The notes below the pieces were generated by a model, which saw only the letters and a program-made list of their open reading frames with translations, was not told where the DNA came from and searched no databases. Of a stretch of DNA of 64,000 nt, positions 27,356-37,260 are shown in pieces (the stretch's first letter is position 1; each line of letters begins with the position of its first letter). The DNA is from Clostridia bacterium (GTDB taxonomy: Bacteria > Bacillota > Clostridia > TANB77 > CAG-508), in NCBI GenBank assembly GCA_036307105.1, contig JAXJYD010000009.1, positions 14,601-78,600 on the forward strand, written 5' to 3'. The translations under genes and the position numbers were made by a program.

Positions 27356-27985
27356 TTATATAAAATCTCTAACTTTTATTTTTACAATTACCCTACTACC
27401 TGTTCTTGTTTGTAATTCTACTTTAGGTCTTCCTACTAATCCTTCACTATCTGCTGTTCCAAATGCTGATTTTGGTTTTTGTTTTACAAAATTAACTCCA
27501 TCTTGTATTGTACCCTTTAATACTATTGGCACTAGATTTATTCCAAATGTTTCTGCTATATTCTCAACACTTTCTCTTGGTTGCCAATTACCTGCTATCA
27601 TTACATCGAATAATATAAAGTCTTGACCTTTTCTATATAATCCACCTTTTTGTATTTTTTCTCCATATCCTTCTCCTACTAGCATTACTTCAGTTTCTCC
27701 AAATTTTTGCTCAAATATTTCTTCGTTTACATCTCCACCAAATAATTCGTTTAATCTATTTACTAAATCTGCTGGTATTTGTGCTCTATCAGTTCTTCCA
27801 TAAAAACTTACTTTGTGTCCGTCCCAATATACTCTTATATTAGTTCCATCTATTTTTTCAGTAAATTCCCATAGATTGTCTTTTAAAAACTCAACAGCCT
27901 CATTTCTGTATGCACCTTCTATTAATTTCTTTGTTCTCTCATCTCTTTCAAATAATGTTTCTATTTTATGATATTCTTTTAACAT
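27356..27985 (-). CDS. ATP-dependent RNA ligase-like nucleotidyltransferase
   Basis: Ligase motifs in order: I EKIDGTN, III FILFDV, IV SEGLVGRP, V VIVKIKVRD. Confidence 0.65.
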   Translation of the reverse strand: MLKEYHKIETLFERDERTKKLIEGAYRNEAVEFLKDNLWEFTEKIDGTNIRVYWDGHKVSFYGRTDRAQIPADLVNRLNELFGGDVNEEIFEQKFGETEVMLVGEGYGEKIQKGGLYRKGQDFILFDVMIAGNWQPRESVENIAETFGINLVPIVLKGTIQDGVNFVKQKPKSAFGTADSEGLVGRPKVELQTRTGSRVIVKIKVRDFI

Positions 27986-27991
27986 ATTTCT

Positions 27992-28357
27992 TTACCTCTC
28001 TTCCTTTATCTTTTTATCTAGTTGTTTAGCCCATTGTAGTATCTTGTTTATTAATTCTCTGTTTAACCTGACATCAGTTTTATCAACTTCATAATCTTCT
28101 AAAGGTTCTAATTCTTTTATACTTTGTATATCTATTTCTTCTTGTTCTTCTATTACTTCTACAGTATCGTTTAAATTATCTAAGTCTTTAAAGTTATTAC
28201 CAATTAAGTAATCATAACAATTAAATACATCTTCATGCATATAATCTTTTTCATTGCTATCATATTTATAAATTCTATTTTTATATTTTATCTCGCTTGG
28301 TATTTCTCCATTAGCAATTTTATTTAATAAATCTATTACTTCTATTGTTTTACTCAT
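27992..28357 (-). CDS. Hypothetical phage protein
   Basis: 121-aa ORF with an RBS. Confidence 0.6.
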   Translation of the reverse strand: MSKTIEVIDLLNKIANGEIPSEIKYKNRIYKYDSNEKDYMHEDVFNCYDYLIGNNFKDLDNLNDTVEVIEEQEEIDIQSIKELEPLEDYEVDKTDVRLNRELINKILQWAKQLDKKIKEER

Positions 28358-28371
28358 TCTTTTATATCCTC

Positions 28372-28500
28372 CTATCTTGGTTCTATTTTTTCCATATTTT
28401 CACAATGTCTGCAATCTAATTCGCATTCTATTCCTTCTTCTGGTATAACTTCTTCTACATCGTTACACCAACAATTATAATGATTACACCATTTTGCCAT
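28372..28500 (-). CDS. Small Cys-rich hypothetical protein (42 aa)
   Basis: Own translation MAKWCNHYNCWCNDVEEVIPEEGIECELDCRHCENMEKIEPR with a GAGGAGG RBS. Confidence 0.4.
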   Translation of the reverse strand: MAKWCNHYNCWCNDVEEVIPEEGIECELDCRHCENMEKIEPR

Positions 28501-28515
28501 ACTACTTATCCTCCT

Positions 28516-28698
28516 CTACTCCATTCTTAAATCACATTCTTGTACATTACCTATTTCATCATATTTTAATGAAGGTCTTATGTAACTTTGCCAATAAGCA
28601 GGTTTCCAATTAGTATGCCATCTTCTACATTTAATTGGGCAAAATTCTTGTGTGCATAAACTTATATCTGTTGCTACTGGTCTTGTGTCTATGTTCAT
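28516..28698 (-). CDS. Hypothetical phage protein
   Basis: 60-aa ORF with a GAGGAGG RBS. Confidence 0.5.
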   Translation of the reverse strand: MNIDTRPVATDISLCTQEFCPIKCRRWHTNWKPAYWQSYIRPSLKYDEIGNVQECDLRME

Positions 28699-28713
28699 AC
28701 TACTTATCCTCCT

Positions 28714-29208
28714 CTATCTATCTCTATCTCTTTGCATACTTCTTAACATTGAACTTAGTATTACTTCTTTGTCTGCTTTTAAATCTTGACTTCTTGCTGC
28801 CCTTATACAATATAGTTCTCTCAAGCCATCAATAGGCTCTGCCCATATCTTTGTATATTTGATTCCAAAATCATTAACCTCATCTTCTTGTTTTTGTTCT
28901 AATCTATCTATTGCTACATATACTCCAATTCCTGTTGGTATTTCTTCTTTTACTTCTTGATATAATGAATATGGCATAACAAAATAATTTTTATTACCTA
29001 TAAAGGTTAAATGATTTTTACTGTGAAAATCCTGCTTGCTTTGTTTTATTTCGTAACAGGTTATTTCTCTTTGACAATTATATTTAATGCAATCAACTAT
29101 TTCGTTACCATACCAACCTATGGTACATTCAAACACATAAAAATCATTTCTTGGACTAAATTTTACTTTTAATAAATCTTCTAGTTTTTTAGTTCTTTCT
29201 GTTTTCAA
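28714..29208 (-). CDS. PD-(D/E)xK nuclease-like protein (MmcB-like)
   Basis: 164 aa; FECTIG...VDCIKY...CYEIKQSKQDF resembles a D...ExK nuclease core. Confidence 0.5.
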   Translation of the reverse strand: MKTERTKKLEDLLKVKFSPRNDFYVFECTIGWYGNEIVDCIKYNCQREITCYEIKQSKQDFHSKNHLTFIGNKNYFVMPYSLYQEVKEEIPTGIGVYVAIDRLEQKQEDEVNDFGIKYTKIWAEPIDGLRELYCIRAARSQDLKADKEVILSSMLRSMQRDRDR

Positions 29209-29489
29209 TTGCCTTTTCCCTCCTCTACTTTATTTGTGAAATATTCTATTTGTTCTTTTGCTTTATTTTTTATCATTTCTGGGTTTCTACATTTATCATA
29301 TTCATAATACATTACATAATCAGCTAAAGCAAAAGCTAGGTTATATATTATTTTATCTTTCTTATCTAGTTCAGATAATACAACTTCTATTGCTTTAGAA
29401 TATCTAGCATTAATATATTTTGTATCTATTTCTTTTTTATGTTTTAATAATTGTTCTTTAGCTTCTTTTATATCCATATTATTTATCAC
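29205..29489 (-). CDS. Hypothetical phage protein
   Basis: 94-aa ORF translationally coupled to its neighbours. Confidence 0.6.
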   Translation of the reverse strand: MINNMDIKEAKEQLLKHKKEIDTKYINARYSKAIEVVLSELDKKDKIIYNLAFALADYVMYYEYDKCRNPEMIKNKAKEQIEYFTNKVEEGKGN

Positions 29490-29709
29490 TCTCCTCTAAT
29501 AATTCTTGTAAAACATTCCTTCTAGTTTCTATATTCATTAGTAAATAACCTATACTAGCATCTGAATATTCTTCTCTCTCTTCATCACTTATACTTTCTT
29601 GTGCTTCTTTTTCTTCTTTATCTAATTCTTGCATCTTTTCTCTTACTAAAGATTTTGGTATTCCATCTTTTACAATTTCATTTGCCTTTGCTATGTTGGC
29701 TTCAAGCAT
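29479..29709 (-). CDS. Hypothetical phage protein
   Basis: 76-aa ORF. Confidence 0.55.
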   Translation of the reverse strand: MLEANIAKANEIVKDGIPKSLVREKMQELDKEEKEAQESISDEEREEYSDASIGYLLMNIETRRNVLQELLEESDK

Positions 29710-29751
29710 TTTGTATATTTCTATTTTTTTTGTATCTTCAAACCAACTTTT

Positions 29752-30060
29752 TTATGTACATTTTAAAGTTTCTTCTAATTCTTTTATCTTATCCCTCAAC
29801 CTTCCATTTTCTTCTTTATGCTCTTTTTCTATTTGTTCTAGGTCTTTATTTCTTTGGAATAATTCTTCTATTTCTTTAGATTGTTCCAAAATTTCTTCAA
29901 TATTTTCATCTATCATTCTTATATAAGTTTTAATCATATCTAAAATTTTTTCAAAATATTTTATATCTGCTGGCACAATAGTAACATTCTCATTCCATTT
30001 TTTTAAATATTCAACCAATTTATTTATTTTATCAACTGCTTTCTTTTCTTCATCATTCAT
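29752..30060 (-). CDS. Hypothetical coiled-coil phage protein
   Basis: 102-aa ORF. Confidence 0.6.
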   Translation of the reverse strand: MNDEEKKAVDKINKLVEYLKKWNENVTIVPADIKYFEKILDMIKTYIRMIDENIEEILEQSKEIEELFQRNKDLEQIEKEHKEENGRLRDKIKELEETLKCT

Positions 30061-30065
30061 ATACT

Positions 30066-30368
30066 TTACTCCTCCACTATTTCTATTTTTTTAAAAGTTA
30101 AATAATTATCATCATCTTTTATAGGATTTATATACTCTGTTTCTGTTCTATTTATTAATCCTTGTCTATACAAACATCTTGCTAATAATTCAACATCATC
30201 GTTAAATTCTGAAAATACTGTTTCTATTGCAAAATGTGAAAGTATATTATATTTATCTTGTAATTCTTTATACTCTTTATATGTGTCATTGTATTTTTGT
30301 TGTAATCTATTTATATGGTTATCTCTTATTTCGTTTCTAGTATATTGCTTTTTATTCATAAACTTCAC
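30066..30368 (-). CDS. Hypothetical phage protein
   Basis: 100-aa ORF. Confidence 0.6.
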   Translation of the reverse strand: MKFMNKKQYTRNEIRDNHINRLQQKYNDTYKEYKELQDKYNILSHFAIETVFSEFNDDVELLARCLYRQGLINRTETEYINPIKDDDNYLTFKKIEIVEE

Positions 30369-30697
30369 TCCTTTACTTTATATTCCATTTGAGCAAATTG
30401 TTCCTTTGTTACTACTGTTTCAATATCTTTTTCTTTAAAGAAAGTGCTATAATCATCAATTTCAGCTGACCACCCATACCATAAAAAACCATTTTCTATT
30501 TGCCCAATTTTTTCTCCATTTACATAATCGCCTACTTCTATTAAATCTATTATGTTTTTGCTGTGTTTAACTATATTATCTTTTCTTAACCAAAAAGGCT
30601 TATCTACATAACCACACCACATATAATCATTTTCTATATTAAGCAATTTACAAATTCCATCTTTTTTAGTTCTTACATATTCTCCGACTTCTATCAT
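30365..30697 (-). CDS. Hypothetical phage protein
   Basis: Start taken at MIEVGEYV (ATG 30697), overlapping the upstream stop as ATGA. The track start at 30760 overlaps the previous gene. Confidence 0.55.
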   Translation of the reverse strand: MIEVGEYVRTKKDGICKLLNIENDYMWCGYVDKPFWLRKDNIVKHSKNIIDLIEVGDYVNGEKIGQIENGFLWYGWSAEIDDYSTFFKEKDIETVVTKEQFAQMEYKVKE

Positions 30698-30879
30698 TTC
30701 TCTTTCCTTTCTGGTATTCCATAACCATTTGTTTGTGAAAATTTTACCAAGCCTGTGCAATGTTTTTGCTTACAAACATATTGCTTAGCACATTTTTTAC
30801 AGTCTGAATACCCTATGCTATCTTCTCTGTTTATTAACCAATCTGTAAAATCATCTTTATTATCTTTCATAATCTTCAT
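30694..30879 (-). CDS. Hypothetical phage protein
   Basis: 61-aa ORF. Confidence 0.5.
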   Translation of the reverse strand: MKIMKDNKDDFTDWLINREDSIGYSDCKKCAKQYVCKQKHCTGLVKFSQTNGYGIPERKEK

Positions 30880-31027
30880 CTCTCTTACCTATATAATCTC
30901 TTGTTAGTTTTATATCATCTGCTTTTTTCTTAGCTCTGTTATATTTGGGTTGTAATACTATTTCATTAGGTATTACTGAATACTTTGCTTTAAAATCTCT
31001 ATATATTACCTTTAGTTCTTTACTCAT
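30860..31027 (-). CDS. Small hypothetical phage protein (55 aa)
   Basis: Own translation MSKELKVIYRDFKAKYSVIPNEIVLQPKYNRAKKKADDIKLTRDYIGKRDEDYER. Confidence 0.4.
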   Translation of the reverse strand: MSKELKVIYRDFKAKYSVIPNEIVLQPKYNRAKKKADDIKLTRDYIGKRDEDYER

Positions 31028-31381
31028 TTATTTATCCTCCAATAATTCTGGATTTTCGTATATATTTCCAATTACTTCACTACAGTGATTTACTTCATTA
31101 AGTAATGGATGATAATCTTCTGAGTAATTCACACAAAAACACCCTCTATCAAATATAACCTCATCATTCTCTACACCAATTTCGCCTATATAATGAGTTC
31201 TTACTATATCTCCCTCATATATTTCTTTTCCATTTTTATCTTTTAATCCTGTGTATTGCATTAACCATTTTTTATATGATGGCAATGTAAAAATATTAGC
31301 TAAATTTCTTTCTAGCAAATAGCTCCAGTTAAGCATTTTTTTATCATAATCATTCCATAATCTAAACTTTATTTCTCTCAT
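31028..31381 (-). CDS. YopX-family phage protein
   Basis: MREIKFRLW...YTGLKDKNGKEIYEGDIV...IGNIYENPELLE is the YopX signature. Confidence 0.8.
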   Translation of the reverse strand: MREIKFRLWNDYDKKMLNWSYLLERNLANIFTLPSYKKWLMQYTGLKDKNGKEIYEGDIVRTHYIGEIGVENDEVIFDRGCFCVNYSEDYHPLLNEVNHCSEVIGNIYENPELLEDK

Positions 31382-31385
31382 CTTT

Positions 31386-31709
31386 TTATCCTTTCTCTAA
31401 AAAATCTGTTTCTAATATTTTTAATCCATATTCTTCTGCAACTTTTCTTTCTACTCTACAACCTCTTGATTTTTCCCATCCTTCCATAAAATAAATTGCA
31501 TCTACTTGAGCCATAAAATCAATTGATTTAGCAATATAAAATAATGCTGGATTATATTCATTATAAATTTTTGGATTTGCTGTTTCTTCAATTATACTGT
31601 CAATAACATCAATGTGTATTTTTTTGAATTTATTTACAATATCTTCTCTTTCTTTTCTTATAATAAAATTACTTTTCCCATTCATTGGTTGACTAATCAT
31701 TACTTTCAT
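31386..31709 (-). CDS. DUF4406-like (nucleoside 2-deoxyribosyltransferase-like) protein
   Basis: MISQPMNG...VDAIYFMEGWEKSRGCRVE pattern. Confidence 0.6.
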   Translation of the reverse strand: MKVMISQPMNGKSNFIIRKEREDIVNKFKKIHIDVIDSIIEETANPKIYNEYNPALFYIAKSIDFMAQVDAIYFMEGWEKSRGCRVERKVAEEYGLKILETDFLEKG

Positions 31710-31963
31710 TTCTTTATCCTTTCTTTATCTAACTGTTCTTTTAAATCTTCTACCGACTTTGTTGTCCATATAGATAATACTTTATAATCCAAATCTGTTT
31801 TTGGAGGAATGTAATCTATTATAAAAACATCATACATATAATTCCACATGTCTTCTGGTGCTTTCCATCTTAATGAATATTCTGTTTTTTCAACTTTTTT
31901 TATGTATTCTTCATTTTTAGATAAATTCTTAATTTGTTCTAATACTTTAAAAATATCTCTCAT
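31706..31963 (-). CDS. Hypothetical phage protein
   Basis: 85-aa ORF. Confidence 0.6.
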   Translation of the reverse strand: MRDIFKVLEQIKNLSKNEEYIKKVEKTEYSLRWKAPEDMWNYMYDVFIIDYIPPKTDLDYKVLSIWTTKSVEDLKEQLDKERIKK

Positions 31964-32151
31964 ACTTTATTCTTTATCCTTTCATTTTCTATCTGTTCTT
32001 TTAAATCTTCTATCTCAATTCTTTGTTGCCATATTTCATCATCTTTTTGTTCTATTCTTACTGCTAATATTAATGTGTTTATATTCGTTAATACAAATAT
32101 AAAAATAAGTATAATAAATGTTAAATAATATCTTTTTTTCCAATCTATCAT
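31960..32151 (-). CDS. Small membrane protein
   Basis: 63-aa ORF with one TM helix. Confidence 0.55.
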   Translation of the reverse strand: MIDWKKRYYLTFIILIFIFVLTNINTLILAVRIEQKDDEIWQQRIEIEDLKEQIENERIKNKV

Positions 32152-32276
32152 TTGTTTTTTCCTTCCACATAAGAATCACATCTGTAAACACCTTTAAAAT
32201 CCTTCAAATCAAGTCTGTTACAACCCAAACAAGTAGAACATTTACCACGTAATTCAGGATATTTTTTATTTTCCAT
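32148..32276 (-). CDS. Small Cys-rich hypothetical protein (42 aa)
   Basis: Own translation MENKKYPELRGKCSTCLGCNRLDLKDFKGVYRCDSYVEGKNK; overlapping stop/start codons on both sides. Confidence 0.4.
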   Translation of the reverse strand: MENKKYPELRGKCSTCLGCNRLDLKDFKGVYRCDSYVEGKNK

Positions 32277-32472
32277 ATTTCCACCTTGTCTGGCTGTTAA
32301 ATTTACTTACACAATTAGGGCAAACATCAATCCACATTTTTTCAACCCTGTAATTTTTCCAACCGTTGTTTTTCTTATAATCAATAATTTCTTGAAAATC
32401 AAAAAAATCATCAACATAACTACTGCACGAATCGCATTCTAAAATAAGTTTTTTTCCTTCTTTTTCTATCAT
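32266..32472 (-). CDS. Zinc-ribbon-like hypothetical protein
   Basis: 68 aa with CDSC...CPNC. Confidence 0.55.
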   Translation of the reverse strand: MIEKEGKKLILECDSCSSYVDDFFDFQEIIDYKKNNGWKNYRVEKMWIDVCPNCVSKFNSQTRWKYGK

Positions 32473-32477
32473 AATAA

Positions 32478-32747
32478 TTACTCCTTTGGCATTTTATATA
32501 CTTTTGGCAATATAAGTGTTTGCCTTATATCTCCATTAACATTTGATATTTTGGCATATTCTGAATATTTTTCTTTTATTTCGTTTAAAACTTCTTTAGC
32601 TCTTTCTTCTGTTTCGTAAGTAGCAATAACAAGACCTTCTTCTTGTCTTAAATTATCTGATATACAAATTTCTGTACCACTAACTACAATTTCAGAAATC
32701 CTTTCAAAATTATAAATTCTTGTTTTGTCTTGACTAACTATAATCAT
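32478..32747 (-). CDS. Hypothetical phage protein
   Basis: 89-aa ORF. Confidence 0.6.
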   Translation of the reverse strand: MIIVSQDKTRIYNFERISEIVVSGTEICISDNLRQEEGLVIATYETEERAKEVLNEIKEKYSEYAKISNVNGDIRQTLILPKVYKMPKE

Positions 32748-33089
32748 TTAAATCAACTCCTTTACATATATTTCTTCATTTGGTTTTATTCCTAATTCTT
32801 GAAATGTAGGTATTTCGTGATTATGCCTTGATCCATTTTCACAAATACATCTACAAGCATAGTCATAAGCTAATCTACCTTCTCCTATTATTTTTTTATA
32901 ATCTACGTATCCTGTGCCATTACAAATATTACATTCTGTCGCCTTGTTTTCTTCTTTTCTCTCACGTGGTAATTCTTTATCAGCTTCAATAAAATCTGCT
33001 ATTTTAGGTAAATATTTGCTCTTTCTTATAACCGCTGTTATTAATTGTCTATATCTTTCAATATTCATAGTTTTTAATTCTTCGTACAT
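32748..33089 (-). CDS. Hypothetical replication-module protein with zinc-finger-like CNICNGTG...C.C motif; the N-terminus may extend upstream
   Basis: The frame stays open for about 35 codons upstream of the ATG (SEFIEATSRIENYFGKEYTTEQRRI) with no canonical start codon. Confidence 0.55.
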   Translation of the reverse strand: MYEELKTMNIERYRQLITAVIRKSKYLPKIADFIEADKELPRERKEENKATECNICNGTGYVDYKKIIGEGRLAYDYACRCICENGSRHNHEIPTFQELGIKPNEEIYVKELI

Positions 33090-33162
33090 TATTCTTCTTT
33101 GCTCTGTTGTGTATTCTTTTCCAAAATAGTTTTCTATTCTTGATGTTGCTTCTATAAATTCA

Positions 33163-33862
33163 CTAACTTCTATTTTTAATTGCTTCCTCCAATTCTTTTA
33201 GTTTTCTTGCGTTTTTTTCTTCTGCTGTTTCTTCTACTGTTTTTACTGTTTTATTTTTAAATTCAATTTCATCTGCTTGAACTTTTTCCAGTGTATCTAA
33301 TTTCTTTTCTACATAACTGTCTAATATTGTCATTGCATAATCCCATTTAGCACCTTTTCTAGCTGTTTTCTTTAAAGCATATTCAATAACTTCATATTTC
33401 AAGTTATCTAGATAGCTTATACACTCTTGTATATTATTTAGATTTGTACTTCCTATTGTTTCAAGAAATGTATTATTTATTTTTTCAACATCAGCATTAT
33501 ATAAAGCTAATGCATTTTCATTATCATTTACATTATCATTTACATTTTCATTTACATTTACATTAGGTTTTGTTTTGGTTTCTTTATTTTCAAAACCATT
33601 GGTTTTTTCTTTTGAAAAACCTTTGGTTTCTTTTTTAGGTCTACCACCGCTTTTTTCCATTTTCGTATCTTTTAGTGTTTGCAAGGATTTGCGGTTTAAT
33701 TAATGTAAATATTGTTTTTGCTAATCCTGTAAGTTCTGTTTCGTTTCCATTTAAAGCTAACTCACAAATTGCATCATATACTTTCAATCTTTCTTTCTCT
33801 TTTAAATCTTGTAGTGCTTCAAAAAAGCTTTTATAGAATACAAAACTTTCTTTTTCTGTCAT
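33163..33862 (-). CDS. Replication protein (N-terminal DUF6291-like plus DnaD-like C-terminal domain); needs a +1 shift at CGG 33649-33647
   Basis: Track ORFs 33641..33862 and 33163..33684 join as ...KRYENGKK|GGRPKKETKGF when the C is skipped. Confidence 0.7.
33647..33649 (-). other. In-frame CGG at an obligatory +1 frame change (replication protein)
   Basis: AAA AAG CGG TGG TAG in frame 0. AAA AAG (C) GGT GGT AGA CCT AAA AAA continues for 160 more codons. Confidence 0.85.
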
Positions 33863-33910
33863 TGTTTTTCTCCTTTCGTAAAATTAAGGGTAATGTTTTT
33901 TGTCATTACC

Positions 33911-34690
<780 letters not shown>

Positions 34691-35419
34691 CTACTCATTT
34701 TCTTTTGCTAATTTATTATTACTTTTTAATGCATTTTCTATTGAAGTATAATCTTTAACATCTAATATTTTCGGTAAATTTCCTATTCTTGATTTCTTTA
34801 CTATTGCTCTAGTTTCTTCTCCGTTTTTCTCTAATTGAATTACTACATCCATTAAATATTCAACTATATCTAAAGCATCATATGTAAGCCCTACAGGTTG
34901 CATTTTGCCATCTTTTGTGTCCCACATACTTTTTGCTCTTGCAACTAATATTAAGTTCATAGGAACATCTTTTAGTTGATTTAATACTGTTCTAGCTGTT
35001 TCCCTTCTGTATGCATACCATTTTGTTTTTTGCAATTGATTTAAGTCTCCTACTTTTTTTCCTATCATTTGTTCATATTTTTTTGCACTTACATCTTCAA
35101 TACAATCTAATAAATCAGTTATAGGGTCTACTATTAATGTTTTTCTATCTGGATATTCTCCATTTAATATTTCTTCTATTAAATTTACTGTTAATACTGC
35201 TGAATTGCTTGCCCTACTATCAGTCTTGTCCACTTCTGCTTTATAAAAATCAAATTGTTCAGCATATAGTCTTGTACTGCCTTCTAAATCTATTACTATT
35301 GGATTTGGTGCAGATAGTGCAAATCTACTTTTTCCACTTCCGCTTTCTCCCCAAACCATGATTTTTAAATTAACATCATCTAATGTTGCTTTTTTTGCTA
35401 ACATTTTAATTACCTCCAT
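34691..35419 (-). CDS. Sak4-like RecA-type ATPase (single-strand annealing / recombination)
   Basis: Walker A VWGESGSGKSRF; about 240 aa; followed by nuclease genes. Confidence 0.7.
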   Translation of the reverse strand: MEVIKMLAKKATLDDVNLKIMVWGESGSGKSRFALSAPNPIVIDLEGSTRLYAEQFDFYKAEVDKTDSRASNSAVLTVNLIEEILNGEYPDRKTLIVDPITDLLDCIEDVSAKKYEQMIGKKVGDLNQLQKTKWYAYRRETARTVLNQLKDVPMNLILVARAKSMWDTKDGKMQPVGLTYDALDIVEYLMDVVIQLEKNGEETRAIVKKSRIGNLPKILDVKDYTSIENALKSNNKLAKENE

Positions 35420-35467
35420 AATAATTATTTTTGTTATCTTTTAGATCTAAATAATCCATAACCACAC

Positions 35468-36001
35468 CTACTTTATTCTTAAACTTGTATTTGTTGTTAT
35501 AATGTTTGTTCCTTCTGGTATTTCTCCAGTTTCTTTAAAGTGATTCTTAATTGCTGTTTTATCTACTTTTACTGTTACTACTTCTTGTTTAAATTCTTCT
35601 GGTATTTTATTTTCATCTATAATTTCTACACTTGCTGGATTTTTTGCTATTGTTAAACTTCCTAATTCTGTTTCTATTTTTGTAATGTTGTTTTTATCCA
35701 TACATTCTTTTACATATTCTTTAAACTTACTTACTTTATTTTCTAATGCCTTTCTTTGCTCTGAGATTCTTTTTTCTTCCACTTTCATTGCTTCAATAGT
35801 TAATTCTATATTTCTTGTATAACCAATTATATTTTGGCTTTTTTGTTGTAATAAGACTGTTAATTCTTCCTCTACTTTCTTTTTATCTTCTTCTGTCATT
35901 TCTTCTTGTTCCATTAATAATGGAAATGCATTTGTTATTTCATATAAACTTAAATTACTCATCTTCTTCCCTCCATATATCATCGTAGTAACATTCTTCA
36001 T
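35468..36001 (-). CDS. Siphovirus Gp157-like protein
   Basis: 177 aa; SLYEITNAFPLLMEQEE... N-terminus and coiled coil, upstream of the Sak4-like gene. Confidence 0.6.
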   Translation of the reverse strand: MKNVTTMIYGGKKMSNLSLYEITNAFPLLMEQEEMTEEDKKKVEEELTVLLQQKSQNIIGYTRNIELTIEAMKVEEKRISEQRKALENKVSKFKEYVKECMDKNNITKIETELGSLTIAKNPASVEIIDENKIPEEFKQEVVTVKVDKTAIKNHFKETGEIPEGTNIITTNTSLRIK

Positions 36002-36139
36002 TTATTAATTCGAATATGTTACCTTCATTATCATTTTCAATAAATAATTCTTCTTCCATAATCTCTCCCTCTTGATTTCTCCTAAAATATTTGCTATACT
36101 ATAAGAGAAATCATATGTTTATTTATACTTTTGTTTGAG

Positions 36140-36439
36140 TTATCTAAAACTTTGGTCGGTGCTAGATAGCTCATTTATTTTGTCTAAACAATTTTCTACT
36201 AATGCATTTATTATGATGTTTCTACGTTTGTTTTTTTCTTCTTCTGATATTCCTATGTTGTTTATTTCTTGTAAATTTAACAAATCTCTTACCATATTGT
36301 CTAAAAGGTTTATTGTTTCTTGAGTGTTGAATTTGTTTCTATTTAATTCCTTGTTTAAGTCTTGATTGATTTTACATACTGCTAAGTTTTCTTTCTTTAA
36401 GTTTTTATTTTTCTTTATTAATTTTGCTGTATCAAACAT
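36140..36439 (-). CDS. Hypothetical early protein
   Basis: 99-aa ORF. Confidence 0.55.
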   Translation of the reverse strand: MFDTAKLIKKNKNLKKENLAVCKINQDLNKELNRNKFNTQETINLLDNMVRDLLNLQEINNIGISEEEKNKRRNIIINALVENCLDKINELSSTDQSFR

Positions 36440-36514
36440 CTCTATTTCCTCCTTTCTTGTAAAATATTGTAATTTATGTTAAACTTCCACTATAGAAAGT
36501 GGGGTGTTGTTTGT

Positions 36515-36952
36515 ATGGCTCTAGAAGATATTCTTCCAATAGTAGTTACTAGTTTTGCTCCAGCCGTTGTTGCTATAGCTAATAACATTTATCAGTATCA
36601 CCTAAACAAACAGAACAATGAATTTCAAATTAAATTATCTGAGCAAGAAACATTAAATCAAATCAAGCTAAAAGAATTTGATTACTTGTGCAATGAAAGA
36701 ACTAAAGCTGTAAATAAATATGTTGAAATTTTTTATGATTATCTTAGTAATCGCAATAAAGATAATCTTACAAAACTTAAATTATCAACTTCTAAAGTAT
36801 TGCCATACGTTTCAGGTTATGCTCATGAATGTATAACTAATATTATTGGCGTTATTGATTCTCCTGTTGCTGTTTCAGATGAAGAACTCGAAACTCAATT
36901 ACAAAGTTTTTTAAACGCTTTAATAAATGAAACAAGCATAAGTAAAAAGTAA
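36515..36952 (+). CDS. Opposite-strand membrane protein embedded in the early region (moron)
   Basis: Start taken at MALEDILPIVVTSFAPAVVAIANNIY (TM helix). Has its own intrinsic terminator. The track ORF starts at 36476. Confidence 0.55.
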   Translation: MALEDILPIVVTSFAPAVVAIANNIYQYHLNKQNNEFQIKLSEQETLNQIKLKEFDYLCNERTKAVNKYVEIFYDYLSNRNKDNLTKLKLSTSKVLPYVSGYAHECITNIIGVIDSPVAVSDEELETQLQSFLNALINETSISKK

Positions 36953-36969
36953 TATTAAGTAACAAGCAT

Positions 36970-37000
36970 AAATCCAGGTCGTCTCTGGGTTTATTTTTTT
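36970..37000 (+). terminator. Intrinsic terminator of the plus-strand moron
   Basis: AAATCCAG gtcgtct CTGGGTTT followed by ATTTTTTT. Confidence 0.7.
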
Positions 37001-37112
37001 ATGCCAAAATACTAATTCAAGTATAAATATTATCGCTATTATTAATAATCCAATACTTTTTGGTATCTCAATTCCTTTAGGCATCGTTTTCTTCCCTCCT
37101 AATAAATAGTTC

Positions 37113-37244
37113 CTATCTATAAACTGTCATACAGTTTATTGCTACATCAAACATTGCTAGTTCTAATAAGAACCATATGCTTGTCCATACTACTGTTCTT
37201 CCTATAAATGCATATATTTTGTTTTTATCTAGTTTTCTTTTCAT
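37113..37244 (-). CDS. Small membrane protein (43 aa)
   Basis: Own translation MKRKLDKNKIYAFIGRTVVWTSIWFLLELAMFDVAINCMTVYR with a GGAGGA RBS. Confidence 0.35.
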   Translation of the reverse strand: MKRKLDKNKIYAFIGRTVVWTSIWFLLELAMFDVAINCMTVYR

Positions 37245-37260
37245 CTTTTGTTCCTCCTTT

